The notes beneath the pieces were generated by a model. That model made no database searches. It had not been told where the DNA came from and saw nothing but the letters and a program-made list of their open reading frames with translations. The position numbers were made by a program, and so were the translations under genes. This document shows positions 26,291-41,500 of a stretch of DNA of 64,000 nt, piece by piece. Source of the DNA: Eledone cirrhosa (lineage: Eukaryota); contig OZ024762.1 of assembly GCA_964016885.1 (NCBI GenBank), positions 23,808,001 to 23,872,000 on the forward strand. Reading direction: 5' to 3'. Every line of letters starts with the position of its first letter. Within the stretch, counting starts at the first letter, position 1.

Positions 26291-26745
26291 TAAATTTCAA
26301 CGTCCGTATAGAGTTAGTAAACCATGACAAACTAGGGGAGGTAACAAATATTCCTTACAGTTAAGAAACCTCGAGGTAAAGAGATAAAGTAAAAGAAGGG
26401 GAACAAAAGAAGCATAACTAAGACTATTAAAAGGTGTAAAACAAGGACAGCTTTACAGCAGCTGAAGGTTTCTGTCAGATCTTTTCATAGTCCTCATTCA
26501 CTGAAAGATCTTGTTTATAGTTGGTTGATCTTTGACAATATATTGGGTTTTTATGACCTGTTCAAGATTTTTTCAGACTGGTACTATTTCTGTCGAATTT
26601 TTTTATAGCCTCCATATACTGAAATATCTTTTTTTATAGTTGGTAGATCTTTGACAATATGTATATATGCATATATGGTCCCGTAACTCCTGATAGAGTC
26701 ACAGGGGTGCCGTATTGACATACAGCATTTCTTGGAAATTTCAAG

Positions 26746-27110
26746 CCTGGCGGAGCCCATCCTTCTCCTGGCCTGACCTGGTGGAGCCCATCCCTCTCCT
26801 GGCCTGACCTGGTGGAGCCCATCCCTCTCCTGGCCTGACCTGGTGGAGCCCATCCCTCTCCTGGCCTAACCTGGTGGAGCCCATCCCTCTCCTGGCCTGA
26901 CCTGGTGGAGCCCATCCCTCTCCTGGCCTGACCTGGTGGAGCCCATCCCTCTCCTGGCCTGACCTGGTGGAGCCCATCCCTCTCCTGGCCTGACCTGGTG
27001 GAGCCCATCCTTCTCCTGGCCTGACCTGGTGGAGCCCATCCCTCTCCTGGCCTGACCTGGTGGAGCCCATCCTTCTCCTGGCCTGACCTGGTGGAGCCCA
27101 TCCCTCTCCA
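26746..27110. repeat. GC-rich 31-bp minisatellite, about 12 units
   Basis: Unit cctgacctggtggagcccatccctctcctgg. Flanks are homologous to the reverse complement of 56575-56905, where the unit is single-copy. Confidence 0.93.
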
Positions 27111-27502
27111 AGCCTGAGTACAGCAGATTTCTTCCAGAGAGATAGAAAGTGAGAGAGAGGAAATGAGAAAGAGATATAGTGGAAGTATCAACCCCAGTAC
27201 TAGACTGGTACTTTTTTTTTTATTCATCTCGAAAAGATGAAAGTTGACCTGGGCGGGTTTTGAACTCCAAGAGAGAGCCGGAACGAATAACTTAAATCAT
27301 TCTATCAGACGTCCTAATTCTTTGACAATAATCCTCAAATCTTGGCAGTTTTTTAATGATCAGCTTTTCAGGATGTCCCAGTTCCTCCCTTAGATTGGTA
27401 ATATTGCTGTTGAATCTTTTCATAGGCTCCATGTACACAAAGATTTTGTTTATAGCTGGTAAATCTTAGAGAATATATTGTACCTCTAATCCTGGTAGTT
27501 TT

Positions 27503-28180
27503 TTAACACTTTACTATTTACATTACTCTATATTTATGAAAATACAGTTTAATAGAAAAAGAAATAAAGAAAATTTAGATTGAGAAGAATGGAATGTAAA
27601 TAAGGAAAATATAGAGATAAAAGGCTTTATCTCACATAATATCGAATCTATGAGATCTTGATCATCATCATCATCACTATTTTATGTCCGTTCTTCCATG
27701 CTAGCTTGGGTTAGATGGGTTGTCCTGTTGTCGGCAGTAGCCGGTCGGCTGACCATGTCTTGCTCATACTGTAACTGATTCTGGCTTGATTTCTACAGCT
27801 GGATGCCCTTCCTAACACCAACCTCATTTACAGTGAGTGCTGGGTGCTTTTTTGCTGTGGCGCCTCCACGACCACTTTGCATGGAATGATAGGGACACCA
27901 GTCCCTATCATCTCATTTCTACAGCTGAGTAAACTGGAGCAATGTGAAATAAAGTGTCTTGCTCAAGGAAACAAGACATCACCCGGTCCGAGAATTGAAC
28001 TCACAACCTTTCGATTGCAAGCCCAATGTTCTAACCACTAAGCCATGTGCCTTGATGATGTTATTTATTTTGAGAACAATACCATAACATAGGTTTGAGC
28101 TGCCGGTTATAGCTGGTTTAAAGAGAAAGAGGTGAGATAATTCAGGCTGGATATGACCAGTTTAAATGCTAAAGGGCTAA
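27503..28180 (-). mobile_element. piggyBac-type MITE containing a SINE insertion
   Basis: ttaacactttact...taaatgctaaaggg, with a full SINE at 27662-28052. Confidence 0.85.
27662..28052 (-). mobile_element. Full-length CORE-like SINE
   Basis: Same head and core as 8155-8495. Confidence 0.9.
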
Positions 28181-28402
28181 TGAACAGCTTCAAGAAGTCC
28201 CTTTTTCTCTCTCAGACTGGTAATATTTCAGTTGAATCTTTCCATAACTTCCATATACTGACAGATCTTTTTTATAATTGGTAGATCTTTGACTATATAT
28301 TATATCTCTAATGTTGATAGTGTTTTTAATTGTCAGCTACAAGATATTGCCTATAGTTGGTATATATTTGACAATATATTGTACCTCAAATCTTGATAGT
28401 TT

Positions 28403-28622
28403 TTAAACACTTTACTATGTACATTATTCTATATTTACTATTGTATTTTCACGGTAAAGGCTTTATCTCACATAACATGGAATCTATGAGATTTTGATGA
28501 TGTTATATATTTTGAGAACAATACCAGAAAATAGGTATGAGCAGCTGGTTAGGGCTGGTTTAAACAGAAAGAGGTGAGAGAATTCTGACTGGATATGGCC
28601 AGTTTAAATGCTAAATGGTTAA
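28403..28622 (-). mobile_element. piggyBac-type MITE
   Basis: Body matches the other copies. Ends taaatgctaaatggTTAA. Confidence 0.85.
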
Positions 28623-29292
28623 TGACCATCTTCTAGATGTCCTCTCTCTCTCCCTCAGACTGGTAATATTTCTTTCCATAGCCTCCATATACTGAAAGAC
28701 CTTTTTTATTTTTGGTAGATCTTTGAGAATATATTGTATCTCAAATCTTGGTATTTTTTTAATGATCAGCTTTAAGATGTCCTCTCTCCTCTCAAAATGG
28801 TAATGTTTCTGTTGTTGAATCTTTTCATAGCTTCCATATACTGACAGATCTTTTTTATAATTGGTAGATCTGTGAGAATATATTGTATCTCAAATCTTTG
28901 TATTTTTTTAATGATCAGCATTAAGATATCCTCTCTCTCTCTCTCTCAGACTAGTAATATTTCTGTCACATCTTTTCATAGCCTTCATATACTAAAAGAT
29001 CTTTTTTATAGTTGGTAGATCTATAGGATCGATCGACTTTCGTCAAATCGGACCGAGGAAACAATGTTTTCGTCGGTCTTTCCAGTTGCTAATACTACCT
29101 ATCGGTCGCAACTCCAGGTAGAAGGAGCAACGTGAAATAAAGTGTCTTGCTCAAGGACATAACGCATCGCCCGGTCCAGGAATTGAACTCACAATCTCAA
29201 GATTGTGAATCCAATTCTCTAACCACTCAGCCACACGCCTTCACTTGGTAGATCTATGACAATATATTGTACCTCCAATCTTGGTAGATTTT

Positions 29293-29501
29293 TTAACACT
29301 TTACTATGTACATTACTCTATATTTACAATTGTATTTTCACGGTAAAGGCTTTATCTTTCATGATATCAAATTTATGAGATTTTGATGATGTTATATATT
29401 TTGAGAACAATACCATAACATAGGTATGAGCAGCTGGTTTGAACAGAAAGAGGTGAGAGAATTCTGGCTGGGTATGACCAGTTTAAATACTAAAGGGTTG
29501 A
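29293..29501 (-). mobile_element. piggyBac-type MITE
   Basis: ttaacactttact...taaatactaaaggg. Confidence 0.85.
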
Positions 29502-29529
29502 TAAACAGCTTCAAGATATTGCCTCTACT

Positions 29530-31200
29530 CTCTCTCAGACTGGTATATTTCTGTTAAATCTTCCCATAGCCCTTTTTTATTTTTGGTAGATCTTTGACAA
29601 TATGTTGTATCTCAAATCTTGATAGTTTTTTTAATGACCATCTTCAAGAAGTCCTCTCTCTCTCAGACTGGTATATTTCTGTCAAATCTTCCCATAGCCC
29701 TTTTTTATTTTTGGTAGATCTTTGACAATATGTTGTATCTCAAATCTTGATAGTTTTTTTAATGACCATCTTCAAGAAGTCCTCTCTCTCTCAGACTGGT
29801 ATATTTCTGTTAAATCTTCCCATAGCCCTTTTTTATTTTTGGTAGATCTTTGACAATATGTTGTATCTCAAATCTTGATAGTTTTTTTAATGACCATCTT
29901 CAAGAAGTCCTCTCTCTCTCAGACTGGTATATTTCTGTTAAATCTTCCCATAGCCCTTTTTTATTTTTGGTAGATCTTTGACAATATGTTGTATCTCAAA
30001 TCTTGATAGTTTTTTTAATGACCATCTTCAAGAAGTCCTCTCTCTCTCAGACTGGGATATTTCTGTCAAATCTTCCCATAGCCCTTTTTTATTTTTGGTA
30101 GATCTTTGACAATATGTTGTATCTCAAATCTTGATAGTTTTTTTAATGATCATCTTCAAGAAGTCCTCTCTCTCTCAGACTGGGATATTTCTGTTAAATC
30201 TTCCCATAGCCCTTTTTTATTTTTGGTAGATCTTTGACAATATGTTGTATCTCAAATCTTGATAGTTTTTTTAATGACCATCTTCAAGAAGTCCTCTCTC
30301 TCTCAGACTGGTATATTTCTGTTAAATCTTCCCATAGCCCTTTTTTATTTTTGGTAGATCTTTGACAATATGTTGTATCTCAAATCTTGATAGTTTTTTT
30401 AATGACCATCTTCAAGAAGTCCTCTCTCTCTCAGACTGGTATATTTCTGTCAAATCTTCCCATAGCCCTTTTTTATTTTTGGTAGATCTTTGACAATATG
30501 TTGTATCTCAAATCTTGATAGTTTTTTTAATGACCATCTTCAAGAAGTCCTCTCTCTCTCAGACTGGTATATTTCTGTTAAATCTTCCCATAGCCCTTTT
30601 TTATTTTTGGTAGATCTTTGACAATATGTTGTATCTCAAATCTTGATAGTTTTTTTAATGACCATCTTCAAGAAGTCCTCTCTCTCTCAGACTGGGATAT
30701 TTCTGTCAAATCTTCCCATAGCCCTTTTTTATTTTTGGTAGATCTTTGACAATATGTTGTATCTCAAATCTTGATAGTTTTTTTAATGATCATCTTCAAG
30801 AAGTCCTCTCTCTCTCAGACTGGTATATTTCTGTCAAATCTTCCCATAGCCCTTTTTTATTTTTGGTAGATCTTTGACAATATGTTGTATCTCAAATCTT
30901 GATAGTTTTTTTAATGATCATCTTCAAGAAGTCCTCTCTCTCTCTCAGACTGGTATATTTCTGTCAAATCTTCCCATAGCCCTTTTTTATTTTTGGTAGA
31001 TCTTTGACAATATGTTGTATCTCAAATCTTGATAGTTTTTTTAATGACCATCTTCAAGAAGTCCTCTCTCTCTCAGACTGGTATATTTCTGTTAAATCTT
31101 CCCATAGCCCTTTTTTATTTTTGGTAGATCTTTGACAATATGTTGTATCTCAAATCTTGATAGTTTTTTTAATGATCAGCCTCAAGAAGTCCTCTCTCCT
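29530..31200. repeat. Homogeneous 128-bp satellite, 13 units
   Basis: cagactgg recurs at 29536, 29664, 29792 ... 31074. Confidence 0.96.
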
Positions 31201-31224
31201 CAATATATTGTATCTCAAATCTTG

Positions 31225-31470
31225 GTATGAACATGTGGTGTACTTGGATAGTGATTGTTCGGTAAAGAAGTTCCAAGAAAATCCATACAGAAGGAAGGTT
31301 TAGTAGAGAGAGGTCAAAGGGGGCATGAGCAGAGGTTGTCAGGGCTGATCTGAAGCACCTGAAGTTCACGGTGAAAATGAGAACTACCCACAATGAGTGG
31401 AGAGATGCTGTGCTTGCAAAAACCCTTCCAAGCATGGAAAAATGGATGTAAAAGGATGATGATGATGATG
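31225..31470 (+). mobile_element. Decayed RTE 3' fragment
   Basis: ...[28 protein letters not shown], then caagcatggaaaaatggatgtaaaaggatgatg. Confidence 0.8.
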
Positions 31471-31477
31471 AGTGTGT

Positions 31478-31500
31478 TTATATATATATATATATATATA

Positions 31501-31543
<43 letters not shown>

Positions 31544-32066
31544 GTATGTGTGTGTGTATAGAGGAGAGAGATAAAGGACCATATATCCATGAGAAAACAC
31601 AATATATTGTACATATACAGAGCACATATATACATATATATACATATATATATGTATATACACACACATATATATATATATACACACACACACATATATA
31701 CATATACATACATACATATATGTATGTATATGCATATATGTATGTATGTATATGCATATATGTATGTATATATATGTATGTATATGTATATATATATATG
31801 TATATGTATATATGTATATATATATATGTATGTATATGTATATATATGTATGTATATATGTATGTATATGTATATATATGTATGTATATGTATATATGTA
31901 TGTATATGTATATATGTATATATATATATGTGTATGTATATGTATATATATGTATGTATATATATATATATGTATGTATATATATGTATATATGTATGTA
32001 TATATGTATATATATATGTATGTATATATGTATATATATATAAGTATGTATATATATATATGTATG

Positions 32067-32097
<31 letters not shown>

Positions 32098-32143
32098 GTA
32101 TGTATATATATATATATATGTATGTATATATATATATGTATGT

Positions 32144-32177
<34 letters not shown>

Positions 32178-32399
32178 GTATATATATATATGTATGTATA
32201 TATATATATGTATGTATATATATATATATGTATGTATATATATATATGTATGTATATATATATATGTATGTATATATATATATGTATGTATATATATATA
32301 TGTATGTATATATATATATATGTATGTATATATATATATGTATGTATATATATATATGTATGTATATATATATATGTATGTATATATATATATGTATGT

Positions 32400-32433
<34 letters not shown>

Positions 32434-32520
32434 GTATATATATATATATGTATGTATGTATATATATGTATGTATGTATGTATATATGTATGTATGTATA
32501 TATATATGTATATATATATG

Positions 32521-32586
<66 letters not shown>

Positions 32587-32592
32587 TATATA

Positions 32593-32628
<36 letters not shown>

Positions 32629-32638
32629 TATATATGTA

Positions 32639-32669
<31 letters not shown>

Positions 32670-32760
32670 ATATATATATATGTATATATATATGTATATA
32701 TGTATATATATATATATGTATATATATATGTATATATATATATATATGTATGTATATATA

Positions 32761-32793
<33 letters not shown>

Positions 32794-32862
32794 ATATATA
32801 TATATGTATATATATATGTATATATATGTATGTATGTATATATGTATGTATATATAAGTATG

Positions 32863-32896
<34 letters not shown>

Positions 32897-32995
32897 AGTA
32901 TGTATATGTATATATATGTATGTATATATATATATATGTATGTATATATAAGTATGTATATATATATATATGTATGTATATATAAGTATGTATAT

Positions 32996-33075
<80 letters not shown>

Positions 33076-33085
33076 ATGTATGTAG

Positions 33086-33129
<44 letters not shown>

Positions 33130-33500
33130 CAATATATATATATATATATGTATGTATATATATATATGTATCAATATATATATCTATATATATGTATATA
33201 TGTATGTATATGTGTATATATATGTATATATATGTGTATATACATATATGTATCTATGTGTGTATATACATATGTGTGTATATACATGTGTATATATATG
33301 TGTATATACATATATATATGTATATATATATGTGTATATATATGTATATATATATGTGTATATACATATTTATATGTAAATATATATATGTATATATATA
33401 TATATATCTGTATATAAATATATATATATACATGTTCTGTATATGTACATTATAAATATACATATACACATATATGTGTGTGTTGTGTATGTGCATTTGT
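31478..33500. repeat. 2-kb (TA)n/(TATG)n microsatellite
   Basis: Direct. Confidence 0.95.
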
Positions 33501-33996
33501 ATATGCGTACAAATATGTATAATTTTATTTCATTTTTTTTTTTGTATATTTTTACGTAGAAATCATTATTATTATTGTTGTTGTTGTGGTTGTTTATGGC
33601 TTCCTTCTTCAGTTTTGTATCCATTTCTTGTCGAGTGTCTTCCCAACAACCAGAGCAGAGAAACTCACTGCATACATTGATAAACCACAAAATATAAGAC
33701 ACACCAGATTATTTACATCACACACTTTACACAGTTACATATATATTGTTTGTTTTATACATACATGTACACATTACTTGTGTAAACATCCTATTTACAA
33801 CAGAATGATATTCAATCATATAACAGTGCTCAATTATTTTATTTTTTTTTTTTATTATTCCCTCCGAGGTTAACTTTGCCTTTCATCCTTACAGAGTTGA
33901 TAAAATCAAGTACCAGTAATACACTGGGATAATTGCTGGCCTTGTGCCAAAAGTAGAAACAATTATTATTATTATTATTAAACAAGCACAAGGATG

Positions 33997-34330
33997 AAGG
34001 CACATGGCTTAGTGGTTAGAGCATTGGCCTTGCAATCGAAAGGGTGTGAGTTCAATTCTCAGACCGGGTGATGTGTTGTTTCCTTGAGCAAGACACTTTA
34101 TTTCACTTTGCTCCAGTTTACTCAGCTGTAGAAATGAGATGATAGGGACTAGGGTCCCTATCATTCCACTGCAAAGTGGTCGTGGAGGTGCCACAACAAA
34201 AAAGCACCCAGCACTCACTGTAAATGAGGTTGGTGTTAGGAAGGGCATCCAGCTGTAGAAATCAAGCCAGAATCAGTTCCCGTCCCACCCTTGCAGCCAG
34301 GGAGGGGTGGACGTAAAATGATGATGATGA
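33997..34330 (+). mobile_element. Full-length CORE-like SINE with RTE-type tail
   Basis: ggcacatggcttagtggttagagc...gagttcaattc...ccttgagcaagacacttt...ggacgtaaaatgatgatgatg. Confidence 0.92.
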
Positions 34331-34331
34331 A

Positions 34332-35400
34332 GAGCGGTGGATTGGCAGTATTGGTAGAGGGTCGGACGCCATGCTTTGCAGCATAGAGTTTGTGGTCTGA
34401 GTTCAAATCCTGCTGAGGTTAACTTTGCCTTACGGGGTCGATAAAATAAAATACCAGTAATACACTGGGGTAATTGCTGGCCTCGTGCCTAAATCATGAA
34501 CATTGGCAGTATCGGTAGAGTGTCGGACACCGTGCTTTGACGCATAGAGTTATGGCCCTTGCCATTCTGCGTTCAAATCTCGCCGAGGTTAACTTTGCCT
34601 TACGGGATCGATAAAATAAAATACCAGTAATACACTGAGGTAATTGCTGGCCTTGTGCCAAAAGTAGAAACGATTATTATTATTATTGTTTTATTTTACA
34701 TAAAATATCCCAACCCTACACTGTATCGTTCTGTACCGTCTTTAATGTTTCCTTAATGTGAACCCTGTGTGGCTAAGAAAGAAATTATTATTGTTGGCGG
34801 TGGATTGGCAGTATCGGTAGAAGGTCGGACACCATGCTTTACAGCATAGAGTTACGACCCTTTATGGTCTGTATTCAAATTCCGCCGAGGTCAACTTTGC
34901 CTTTCATCATTACAGTATTGATAACATAAAGTACCAGTAATGTACTGGGCTGATTTATTTGACTATCTCCTTCTCTTCAAACTGCTGGCCTTGTGCCTTA
35001 ATCAGAAATTATTATCATTATTATCAACACTGCTTGAAGGTGGTAGATTGGTACTGTCAGTAGAGAGTCGGACGCCATGCTTTGCAGCATAGAGTTGCGG
35101 CCCTTTACGATCTGAGTTCAAATTCCGTCGAGGTTAACTTTGCCTTTCATCCTTACAGGGTCGATAAAGCACCAGTAATACACTGGGGTAATTGCTGGCC
35201 TCGTGCCTAAATCATAAACATTGGCAGTGTCGGTAGAGGGTCGGACGCCATGCTTTGCAGCATAGAGTTACGGCCCTTTACGATCTGAGTTCAAATCCCG
35301 TCGAGGTTAACTTTGCCTTTCATCCTTACGGGGTCGATAAAATAAAGTACCAGTAATGTACTGGATAATTGCTGGCCTTGTGCCTAAATCATAAACCATT
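34332..35400 (+). mobile_element. Head-to-tail cluster of about 5 tRNA-derived SINEs with a Nin/Deu-like domain
   Basis: Repeated ttggcagtatcggtagagg...gagttcaaatcc...aactttgcctttcatccttacggggtcgataaaataaagtaccag...gctggccttgtgcc. Confidence 0.85.
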
Positions 35401-35529
35401 ATTAATATTATTAACACTGGTAGATCTTCAATCAAATTTAAGTTTTGGAAGCAAGTTATAAGGAACGACCATATTTAAGTCTCTAAGACTTTTCTCATAA
35501 TTCTTGTTGCTCCTCACATTGTCTTTTGT

Positions 35530-37700
<2,171 letters not shown>

Positions 37701-37744
37701 ATGTTCCACCCATCTGATTATTCTGACATAAAACAAGGGCTGTG

Positions 37745-38190
37745 TTTGACAGAGTTGGTAGAGCGCGTTTAACATATTGCTGAGCAGTATTGCGAGTTCA
37801 AATCCCACCTTCCGGGATCTTCTTCTTTGCCTACTTATTCCTGGGAAGGTCTTTGAGGCAGAGTCCTCAAAGACATCTTCCACATCTTCCAGTGAGTCCT
37901 GTCGGAAGCAACCATCTCCAACAGATCCGGCTGGGTCCCAAAACCAAGACCAGACAAGCTCATAGATGTTATCCAACCATCTTGCTCATTGTCTAACCTT
38001 GGGTCTTCTGTCAGTTTGTTTTGCTGGTAAAATCTTTACGTTCTGAGTTCAAATCTTGTTGAGGTCAGCTTTGTCTTTCATCCTTACAAGGTCGATAAAA
38101 TAAAGTACCAGTAATGTACTGGGGTCGATTTAATCGACTTTCCCCGCCCCTAAAATTGTTGGCCTTGTTCCGAAATCAGAATCTATTATT
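37745..38190. mobile_element. Nin-like SINE pieces (+) around a decayed RTE 3' fragment (-, about 37825-38035)
   Basis: The RTE part resembles 57020-57210. The SINE part has ctttcatccttacaaggtcgataaaataaagtaccag. Confidence 0.65.
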
Positions 38191-38575
38191 ATTGTCATTT
38201 GTAAACCTTTTTTTCTGGCAGATGTTATACCGACACTATACCCAAAGAGCGAGACATAGCCGTGGCCAAAGGTCCTTTGGGTCATTCTTTCTCCTTCAAC
38301 TTCCCAACACCCATCTTAGAATCCTTGCTGTTCCTAGCAAGCCTGTTTTCTACAACAATACCTCCCTGGTGGTAATCCCTAGCTTCTCAAACCCTTCAGG
38401 TCATTCCTTCTCCTTCAACTTTCCAACACCCATCTTAGAGTCCTTGCTGTTCCTAGCAAGGCTGTTTTCTGCTGCAATCCTGTCCTGATGGTAATTCCTA
38501 GATTCTCAAGCCATGCATCTAACCTTCTACTAACTACTCCCAGTGTACCAACCACAATTGGTACCACTTCTACAT
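38190..38575 (-). mobile_element. R4/Dong-type (restriction-like endonuclease) LINE 3' end, partly duplicated
   Basis: Minus strand reads VEVVPIVVGTLGVVSRRLDAWLENLGITIRTGLQQKTALLGTARTL, with a second copy LLGTARILRWVL. Ends in (TAA)n. Confidence 0.75.
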
Positions 38576-41500
38576 GTCTAACCTACTAACTACTCTCAGT
38601 ACACCAACCACTATTGGTACCACTTCTACATGTCTAACCTACTAACTACTCTCAGTACACCAACCACAATTGGTACCACTTCTACATATCTAACCTACTA
38701 ACTACTCCCAGTACACCAACCACCATTGGTACCACTTCTACATGTCTAACCTACTAACTACTCTCAGTACACCAACCACAATTGGTACCACTTCTGCATG
38801 TCTAACCTACTAACTACTCTCAGTACACCAACCACAATTGGTACCACTTCTACATATCTAACCTACTAACTACTCCCAGTGTACCAACCACAATTGGTAC
38901 CACTTCTAGATGTCTAACCTTCTACTATCTACTCCCAGTGTACCAACCACAATTGGTACCACTTCTACATGTCTAACCTACTAACTACTCTCAGTACACC
39001 AACCACAATTGGTACCACTTCTACATGTCTAACCTACTAACCACTCCCAGTGTACCAACCACAATTGGTACCACTTCTACATGTCTAACCTACTAACTAC
39101 TCTCAGTACACCAACCACTATTGGTACCACTTCTACATGTCTAACCTACTAACTACTCCCAGTACACCAACCACCATTGGTACCACTTCTACATGTCTAA
39201 CCTACTAACTACTCTCAGTACACCAACCACAATTGGTACCACTTCTACATATCTAACCTACTAACTACTCCCAGTACACCAACCACCATTGGTACCACTT
39301 CTACATGTCTAACCTACTAACTACTCTCAGTACACCAACCACAATTGGTACCACTTCTGCATGTCTAACCTACTAACTACTCTCAGTACACCAACCACAA
39401 TTGGTACCACTTCTGCATGTCTAACCTACTAACTACTCTCAGTACACCAACCACAATTGGTACCACTTCTGCATATCTAACCTACTAACTACTCCCAGTG
39501 TACCAACCACAATTGGTACCACTTCTAGATGTCTAACCTACTAACTACTCTCAGTACACCAACCACAATTGGTACCACTTCTACATGTCTAACCTACTAA
39601 CTACTCTCAGTACACCAACCACAATTGGTACCACTTCTACATGTCTAACCTACTAACCACTCCCAGTGTACCAACCACAATTGGTACCACTTCTACATGT
39701 CTAACCTACTAACTACTCCCAGTGTACCAACCACAATTGGTACCACTTCTACATGTCTAACCCACTAACTACGTCCAGTGTACCAACCACAATTGGTACC
39801 ACTTCTACATGTCTAACCTACTAACTACTCCCAGTGTACCAACCACAATTGGTACCACTTCTACATGTCTAACCTACTAACTACTCCCAGTACACCAACC
39901 ACTATTGGTACCACTTCTACATGTCTAACCTACTAACTACTCTCAGTACACCAACCACTATTGGTACCACTTCTACATGTCTAACCTACTAACTACTCAC
40001 AGTCTACCAACCACAATTGGTACCACTTCTACATGTCTAACCTACTAACTACTCCCAGTACACCAACCACAATTGGTACCACTTCTACATGTCTAACCTA
40101 CTAACTACTCCCAGTACACCAACCACTATTGGTACCACTTCTACATGTCTAACCTACTAACTACTCCCAGTGTACCAACCACAATTGGTACCACTTCTAC
40201 ATGTCTAACCTACTAACTACTCCCAGTACACCAACCACAATTGGTACCACTTCTACATGTCTAACCTACTAACTACTACCAGTACACCAACCACAATTGG
40301 TACCACTTCTACATATCTAACCTACTAACTACTCACAGTCTACCAACCACCATTGGTACCACTTCTACATGTCTAACCTACTAACTACTCCCAGTACACC
40401 AACCACAATTGGTACCACTTCTACATGTCTAACCTACTAACTACTCCCAGTACACCAACCACAATTGGTACCACTTCTACATGTCTAACCTACTACCCAC
40501 TCCCAGTGTACCAACCACAATTGGTACCACTTCTACATGTCTAACCTACTAACTACTCCCAGTACACCAACCACAATTGGTACCACTTCTACATGTCTAA
40601 CCTACTAACTACTCCCAGTGTACCAACCACAATTGGTACCACTTCTACATGTCTAAACTACTAACTACTCCCAGTGTACCAACTACAATTGGTACCACTT
40701 CTACATGTCTAACCTACTAACTACTCCCAGTACACCAACCACTATTGGTACCACTTCTACATGTCTAACCTACTAACTACTCCCAGTGTACCAACCACAA
40801 TTGGTACCACTTCTACATGTCTAACCTACTAACTACTCCCAGTACACCAACCACTATTGGTACCACTTCTACATGTCTAACCTACTAACTACTCCCAGTG
40901 TACCAACCACAATTGGTACCACTTCTACATGTCTAACCTACTAACTACTCCCAGTACACCAACCACAATTGGTACCACTTCTACATGTCTGACCTACTAA
41001 CTACTCCCAGTACACCAACCACAATTGGTACCACTTCTACATGTCCAACCTTCTACTAACTACTCCCAGTACACCAACCACAATTGGTACCACTTCTACA
41101 TGTCCAACCTTCTACTAACTACTCCCAGTACACCAACCACAGTCGGTACCACTTCTACATGTCTAACCTACTAACTACTCCCAGTACACCAACCACAATT
41201 GGTACCACTTCTACATATCTAACCTACTAACTACTCCCAGTGTACCAACCACAATTGGTACCACTTCTACATGTCTAACCTACTAACTACTCCCAGTACA
41301 CCAACCACAATTGGTACCACTTCTACATGTCTAACCTACTAACTACTCCCAGTCTACCAACCACAATTGGTACCACTTCTACATGTCTAACCTACTAACT
41401 ACTCCCAGTACACCAACCACAATTGGTACCACTTCTACATGTCTAACCTACTAACTACTCCCAGTGTACCAACCACAATTGGTACCACTTCTACATGTCT

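Larger units (their letters stand above)
26460..29530. repeat. Diverged monomers of the 128-bp satellite interspersed with MITEs and SINEs
   Basis: Recurring ttggtagatctttgacaatata and ctcagactggta motifs. Confidence 0.75.

Noticed and set aside
26746-27110. CRISPR-like 31-bp repeats (also the 48-bp and 56-bp arrays)
   Set aside because: Units are head-to-tail with no unique spacers, there are no cas genes, and the context is eukaryotic.
27589-27610. tggaatgtaaa resembling miR-1
   Set aside because: The match ends after 11 nt and there is no hairpin.
31314-33500. Long Tyr/Ile/His/Thr ORFs here and at 6-7k, 14.5-15k, 24k, 53k and 63k
   Set aside because: Translations of (TA)n/(CA)n microsatellites.
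33997-34075. tRNA-like A/B boxes
   Set aside because: SINE heads continuous with CORE-like bodies, with no complete cloverleaf.
34690-34790. Short Tx1-like 3' ends here and at about 56020-56110 as evidence of target specificity
   Set aside because: Only the last ~20 nt resemble the 3246 element, which is too little to infer family or targeting.
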